This document shows, piece after piece, positions 52,988 through 60,000 of a stretch of 60,000 nt of DNA. The notes under the pieces are model-generated. The model was given only the letters and a program-made list of their open reading frames with translations. It had not been told where the DNA came from and did no database searches. This stretch comes from Camelus dromedarius (lineage: Eukaryota). Both the position numbers and the translations under genes were made by a program. Location: NCBI RefSeq assembly GCF_036321535.1, contig NC_087436.1, positions 93,064,001 through 93,124,000 on the forward strand, written 5' to 3'. Positions within the stretch are counted from its first letter, which is position 1. Each line of letters starts with the position of its first letter.

Positions 52988-55900
52988 CTGAGTGTGGAGA
53001 GAGCAGAGACAACGGTGGATGGGGGTCAGCGACCCTCACGCCGCTGAGCATTTGGGGCGTTCCGCCGCGCGGGGGCACTACCGCGTTTGGAAAACTGCCC
53101 CGGCCCCCCCGCAGCTCAAGGCAGCAGCGTGGTTTGCAGTGGGCTCCATCCCTCAGCCAGCAGCGGGCATGCTAGCATTGTCACCTCTTCTCCTTTTGCC
53201 ACAAAAGCCAAAATGTGGCCATCTTTGTCTTCAGGGATGGCTGAATCAGGTCAATTTAATTTATATGCTGAGCCAAAAACATGTTTAAAGTAAAGGGCTA
53301 GGAAAAGGTATTTGAAGCTCTGGGCTCCTCTCATTTGTGAATGTATTAGAAAATAAAATGAAGAGAGTTAAAATGTGTAACTTGGGGAGAATTTGTGGGG
53401 AAGGAGGATGGCATCCCTGGAAATGAAACTTTATTGCAGTAAATGCTTCTTTGTGTGAAGATAGCTTAAATGCTTTCTACATTAACTGAGGCAATTTCTC
53501 CATTTTCAAAAAAACCAGAACAGCCTCAAGTATAAGGCACCACCTTTTCATATTGTATTTTCTGAATTTTGGATGCATCCAACAACTACGCATTAATGAT
53601 GCATGTGTCTGATGTGGTTTATTTCTCTGTGCTATACAACTATCTGTAAATTGATAGTGCATTGATGGCATCTTGGAATCAAGAAAATAAGGTACTTTAT
53701 GGTATGAGTAAGGGACAGAATATATAAATCAGTATATACTTTCTATCCTAAAATTCTTAGAATTATTACACTTATTTTTTTTTGGTCAGGATACCTCTGA
53801 ATTTACTCTTTTAAATGCAAAAGGATTGGGAAAGCACATTTTTAAAACCCTTCAGCTGTACATATAATTGATATATTCCACAGGAGCTTATTAAATGTTG
53901 GACAAGACCATACGGCCTTTTCTGTGATGCTTATATAGACCTTTGTCAGCAAAAGCTGAGGCAGCAAGATAAAAACAGAAATAAAAACCAAAGCAAAATG
54001 TTCTCTTTTTTTCTCTCTCTCAAAGAAATGACTAGCTCTGACACCAAATGGGTTACATAGAGCCCCAAATCAAGTGGAGGGCCTTTAAGAACAGAAGAAC
54101 GTGACAGTCCATTTTTAAAGCCAGCTTAATACAAAGAAAAAGTAAAGCCATGCACTTGGACACCAACTGGTTCCAGACATCATCAGTGATGTCTGAAATA
54201 GTTATCCCCACAGCCAGACAATGCACAGCAGCAGCACCCCTGGACGCCAGAGGGTTCCTGAGCAGGCAGCTCTCTGGAAGAAGATGGCCCCCAGAGCAGT
54301 GGCTGCCCATGCTCACTGCAATCTGCTCAGAGGAACCTGCATGGAGTGTGGGGGCCTCTCCTCTCTCCCTAGATGTTGGATAATTAGTCTGACCTAAGAA
54401 AGCTAAAACTGAAAACCGTATTTGTAATCTGTTTTCCTCAAGGGCATTCTAATAATCTAACTGTGGAGGACTTTCTCTGACCTGAGGCTTCTGTTTGCGT
54501 GGATACGGTAAACCACCGTGTGGAGCTGTCCCCACAGCCAGGGGGCAGTGTTGACTGTGGCAGCTGTGCCTCCCTGAGAGAGAAACTGTAGTCCTCAAAG
54601 GGAAGGAGGGGCTGCGGACTTTCACCTGTTCTGTGCTATTTATTTGTGTGGTTTAAAGAAGATTTAGGAATTTGCAGAGCTAGGTAGAAAAGTCTAATCC
54701 ATGGTTTTTAAACTTCATGGATTAAAATTCACTTGAAAAACCTTTCCAGAAAGAGACCAAACTTCATCTCATTCTTCCTTTCAGAATCAAAAAAAAAAAA
54801 AAAAAAATCTCACCTTTAAATATATCCAATTCAGTTAGTTCATCTTTTAAAGCAATTTATAGTCTTTGTGAAGATCTTAGAGGATATAAACCCCTCTGAG
54901 CTGGGTCTCTCTTGTAATCTACTAAATACTTGGCCGACTGTAGGAGAGAAAGCGGGTCCCTTCCTTCAATTTTGTCATCTATAATTTTTACAGGGCAGAA
55001 TTTTGGTTTAGGCCACAGTGGGTGACTATAGAGCAAGGTCTTCTTCTGGGACCCCAGGAAGGAGATGGCAGCCTGTGCCGGGATTTGGGAATTCATTATT
55101 GCACTCAAACCGGGGCAAAGCCTTCGCAATTGCCTTCTTCTGTCCTAGGTTCCTAGCTCTGTTCCCACTATGAAGCTCTAACTACGTCAGCCTAAACGTG
55201 GTGGCCAAAAGCTGGTTAGTGAAATAAAAAGAGAAACTCTTGTTTTCCCTCTCAAATACCAGGAAGTACTATTTTTTCCTAGAGGTTTTTTTTTTTTTAA
55301 GAAACACCAGAAAATTGGCCAAAAAGAGAAATAATAAAACTGCAAGCAATATCTTTATGCCATTTCAAAAAAAGGAACTAAGCAAGTTGAGAAGTGATCA
55401 TACTAGCGAGAAAAGGGGCTGAATCCCCGTTCAGAAAATGTCCCCTAATTCAGAGGTTGGACTCAGCCTCCAAAGTGAAGAAGTGCATATTGATGGCGTG
55501 GGGGATCCTGGACAAGTGTAGGTTCCAGAATATTAACGTGACTTGCACCAAACCTGTGCTTCTCAGCACGAACAGCCATGCCCTTGGGCTGCAGGGACCA
55601 GGATACCTGGCTGCAGGGCCCAGGAGCCTCTCTCATGGTGGGCTGGCATTTCTGAGGGGCAGGATTCAGTTACCTTTAGGGGAGCCTGGAAATGGTTTCT
55701 GGATCAAGTCTAAGGGAAGGGAATTAAGACTAAAAGGGCCTCTGGCTCTCACGGTGTCCAGGCTCCGTGGTGGGGACCGTTGGGAGAGGAGGCGTGTAGA
55801 AGGGAAGAGAAGGGCAGGAAGGTGAAAGTAAGCATGGAAACATTCTTGGCTTGCCAGGAGGCGGAAATTTCTGTTTGCCTGTGAGGTAGGTCTGCCCCTG

Positions 55901-57334
55901 ACCTGCATTTTCCTTAAAGGGCACATCTTTTTTTGATTGGGCTGTATTTTAAGAATGTGTCAATTATGAATAAATAGAGCCTGTGCCAATAATTGTCCTA
56001 AAAGATTTTGCAAAAGGGAGATCATGGGTGAATAAACAAAACATATCATAAATTTCTATTTTAAGAAAAACAAACCCAAACTCCTGAACTAGACTTTGCC
56101 TTTTGTTTCCCGCGTGGCTTCATGTGAATTGCATCCACTCCAAGAAGGAAATTCAGCCCTTCGAATATTCCTAGATAAGACCTCTGGGAAAGAAGCTCCT
56201 TTTACTTTTCCTGCTCCATTAGGCTGCTTTTATGTAATTTAGAGGAGTTCCCACCCCAATGTTTAAAAAAACATTGACTTTTCCTCTGGGTGAGGCTTCA
56301 TATTTAGGTACAGGCAAAATTTAAGAGATTTTTAATGTAGCTTCTTTTCTTTCCGTGATGTAGCTTTCAGGGTTTTTCAGAGATCTGTATTAGGCAAATT
56401 GCGTGGCAGCTTTGCAATGATGAAGAGTAAATCCATTCAATCAAAATGTTTTTGCTCACCAGATCAGAGTAGTGTTCTGCCTATCAATCTTGTATAATCC
56501 TCCTTTCAGTGAATGTTAAATATTGCCACTGTAGATTTTAAAGGTAATAACCAAGGCTCAGTTTTATAGACTACTTAACTCCATGCAGTCAGTCAAGCTC
56601 AGGCTGAATTTGGTTTTGAGACATGAATGTTCTGTGTGTCAGGCCACAGAGCAATCGTAGATCACATGTCGGAAACTGGTATCCTTGGCATCTGCGTCGG
56701 ACTGCTTTGAGCCCCAAGACAGACTAAGCTGCCATCTTGAACACAACCATGGAAAAAGCACAATTTGAAAACAGTAAACTTGTGGCCTGATCTCATTGTC
56801 ATTGGTGGAAATGATATTTGTCTGTCCTATACTGTTATTTAGATTCCTCACCCAGTGACTTGAAGCTGTGGCTCAGGCCAAGAAGACAAGCAGAGAGAAT
56901 GCTGGTGTTCACTCTTACGATGGCCCAGGCTCCCACGAGGCCATAAAGTCCCTCTCTCAGAGGAAAGGCATCAGGGTTAGCGGGCCACTGGTGTTGGAAT
57001 GAGATAGGAACCATGTTTCTTAAAACACCAATTACTCAAATCTGAGCCAGGTAGCATTCTGCAAAGAAAACTTCTGTCTTGGATATCAGTTCCAGAAGGC
57101 TCTGCCTATGGGAAATCCCTTTTTGTAATGGAGTTAACATGGCCACAAGTGGGACAGGGTAGATTCTTCTCAAATTTGGATGTGAGGCCAGGGATGGGGA
57201 ATGAATCTCTGAGAGGAGTGGAAACCAAAGAGAGGCAGCCCAAGGCATATTGTACGTGTTGGTCCCTTGCCATGCACAGAGCGCGCACGGAACCCCAGTG
57301 CTCTGGTCCCGGGCATCCCACAGTTTGCAGTACT

Positions 57335-57485
57335 CCAACTGGGGGAGGACCTTGGACTTCTGAATCTATCCTTCATTTAGGATTTATTTTCTTAATTGAA
57401 AAACAGGGGGCTATGAGAATGACTGCTTCATGGTTAGCTGTGAGCCTTCACATATCATGAATTCAACGCAAAGCACAGAACAGGC
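57335..57485 (+). mobile_element. MIR SINE remnant
   Basis: gaccttggac...tttcttaattgaaaaacaggggg...gcacagaacag. Confidence 0.5.
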
Positions 57486-57800
57486 TTTAAACAATTCGGT
57501 GGTTCAGAGGGGTCCAATGTCCAAACCCTAACAAGAACAACTTTAACATTCCCCATCTATGAAAAGCAAATGTTAAGTTTTAAGCAGCAGCTGCACATTA
57601 GAATCATGCGTAAGTGGCTTTTTCATTCATCTCTCCTGCACAGAACATATGCTCTGCATTCCAACTTCAAGTGCTTGTCTGATGCTGCACGAGTCAGTTA
57701 GCTCTTCAGTCCACTGTCGCATTCCAATTAGTGGTAAGTACTGGAAGCATGCAGTTTAGGCTAGTAATTAACGTATTCCCACAAATACAAGACAACTTAC

Positions 57801-57836
57801 TCTGCGTCATCAGACACAGGAGTTCTCGGACCGTAT
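57801..57836 (-). CDS. LIMCH1: LIMCH1 36-nt exon (R)YGPRTPVSDDA(E)
   Basis: tag|ATACGG...GCAGA|gtaagt; phase 2/2; peptide matches LIMCH1. Confidence 0.93.
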
Positions 57837-60000
57837 CTATAAGACCAAATACAAAATTAGAGGATTGACAAGACAGAAGGTTAACGCTGTCACCAAGCTG
57901 GAAATAAAAACTCAGTGAAATGTAGGGACGCCAAACCTTTTTTTGCCGTTCGTACTGGAAGAGAGGTGTCATTATACAACTAGCAATATTCGTTAATTGC
58001 TGAAAGTGAAAGCAAAGTCTTGACATTTCTAAAGAATGCAAAACTTGCAGTAAAACCCAGAGGAGAAATGAAAAAAAAAATCTACATGTTACCCACAAAG
58101 AAAGAATCTGTTCAATATAAACATAAAAAGGCTTAGGTGCAACCCACAATGTTTAGAGAAGGCAGCTTAAAAAAAAAACCAATGTGTATTATGGTCATTC
58201 ACAAATGGTTGAACTGTTTGGGCCTTTCTGTGCAGAGTGATGGGCTGTAATGAACACCCAACATAGAAGCACACGCTCACTGACCCTTTCCCTGATGTGT
58301 TAATGCATTTGCACAAATAACATCAAAGAGTGTTTCGGCAGTTTTCTGAAAGCAAACCAGAACTCCAACCAGAACCCCAATCAGTGCCTTCCGCATGCAT
58401 TTGACAAAAACCACAATTCCTAGAAAACTGGCAGCCTTAATCCAAACCAGACTCCAATGATCTTCCATAACTTGAAAAACCAAGTTTTTTCTCTTTAACA
58501 GTCTTTTATATCCTTCTGATTACTTAGATCTACAATGCTGTACTTTCTTTAATGTAGGCATTTTAAGTTTTAATGTATCTGATAAAACAAAGAAAAAAGG
58601 TCAAATTAGAAAAAAAAAAAAACTAGAACATTACAAGGGCATATTTTAAGCACATTAAAAAAAAAAAAAACAAAACCTAGTTCCCAGATGACTGTCTCCT
58701 CATCAAAGGGGAATTTTAAGAGAAGGTTCTTACCTGTGCCCTGAAAGGCTGTCCATTCATGCATTCTGATGGTGGACAAAGGACTATTTAAGCGAAGAAA
58801 AAAAATGTCTTGCTTTCAGTTTCCAAAAAATTAAATTTGGGGGTTTTCGGTAAAAGTTACCTGATCCCATGTTCAGTTTCATAACAACTTACGGAGAAGA
58901 GAGTAATTTCTAAAGAGCTGTTCCTATAATCTTAGAGAAAACACCCCAAATCACATGGGTGTGCACACATACACCTTGTTTCTTATGCCTTTATCATTCT
59001 ACAGCAGTCTGCATTCATTAATAATTATTTCCATTCACAGTGAGGGCAACCACACCAGTGCAATACCCAAAATGAAATGGCCAAAAGCAAGAAAAGGAAA
59101 GTGTTTGTGGATGTTTTTCTTCTGAAAGTAAGACCTGTTTTCTGTTTCTGTGGGGGACAGTTTCAGAAGGTGCTAAAGTTTAACTTAATACACTCAATTT
59201 TCTAAAACCACCACCACATGGAGGCAGATGGATTCCTCCATATCAAGAAAGGGTACATGAACATTGCTAATTCTGAAGCCTGGGTGCATGTTTCCCAGTT
59301 AATTAGTAGGACGACTGGAATAGACAGTCAAATATGGTGTTTTCTAAACTATCCGTGGAAGAGAGCAGAGAAGTTACTCCTCATGGATGGTTAATCTAGA
59401 AATGACCGCTGGGTGGTTGGTATGTGTTCCTGTGCCTCTATTTGAATACAGTAGTTAATGTTTAATTAAAGTAAAACACACATACAGAGAGTGCACATAC
59501 CAGGCACAGACATCTCAATGAATTTTCACAAACCGCAGATGAGCGGGCAAGTGATTTGTGCTACATAAATGGACTCAGACAGTCCATTTTGAGTTTGGCT
59601 TCCTTTGTACATTTTGTTTACGAGGTTCAGCTATGATGTTGCTTGCGGGATATACTCGAATTTAAGCTGCTTCTACACAAAAAACTTAAGAGCATTTCAT
59701 GGCCATCTCTGCCAACAAATGTCAATTAAACCGAAATATAAGCTCCATGTGTGTAGGGATTTTTCTTCCAAGGGTTCCCTGAACAGTGGCCAGACTAGGC
59801 CTTCTGGATGCTCGGAAAATTGAAAAGAACAGTGCAGTCTCTGAAGAAAACCTCCATTTATCCATTTATGACACACTTATGGATTTAAGGAATTTCCCCT
59901 CGGACTGATTTATTTGCTTTAAGAGGACATCACTTTAAGCAGAACTGCCTTTGCTGTTAAGGAGAAGATAATTAGAGTTGGGCTTCAAACGATTTTCCCA

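Larger units (their letters stand above)
3720..57836 (-). other. LIMCH1: LIMCH1 gene, 3' portion (20 coding exons plus 3' UTR; 5' exons outside window)
   Basis: Spliced translation matches recalled LIMCH1 sequence ([34 protein letters not shown]-terminal LIM domain, SAGQPTTL*). All junctions are GT-AG and phase-consistent. Confidence 0.98.

Noticed and set aside
54482..54573. Possible cryptic exon (tctctctcag...CAG|gtcaga) encoding ...FTVSTQTEAS and overlapping a weak CTCF-like motif
   Set aside because: 92 nt is not frame-preserving, there is no recognisable homology, and the donor is mediocre.
821..59823. Dozens of 60-150 aa ORFs in the six-frame track
   Set aside because: They are exon run-ons into introns, antisense shadows of LIMCH1 exons, repeat-derived or random. 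None resembles an independent protein.

Overview
Mammalian genomic DNA, most likely a camelid (alpaca/camel), judged from lineage-type tRNA-derived SINEs and L1 3' ends. The window holds the 3' part of LIMCH1 (LIM and calponin homology domains 1) on the minus strand. I reconstructed 20 coding exons by hand (57836 down to the stop at 6597). All are joined by GT-AG introns into one open frame of 2398 nt (about 798 residues), ending in an intact LIM domain and ...SAGQPTTL*, followed by a ~2.9 kb 3' UTR. The 5' exons, including the CH domain, lie beyond the right edge. The rest is intronic or downstream DNA with ordinary repeats (L1, L2, MIR, MER5, MER53, MLT1, an ERV1-type solo LTR, young SINEs, microsatellites). 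Nearly all ORFs in the six-frame track are spurious or exon run-ons. I found no convincing novel biological system. The best leads are splicing-regulatory features (three frame-preserving cassette exons, a NAGNAG acceptor, RBFOX/QKI and CA-repeat motifs), oriented CTCF motifs, an antisense solo LTR next to an exon, and young insertions with target-site duplications. Repeat family names are recognised from memory and repeat boundaries are approximate.
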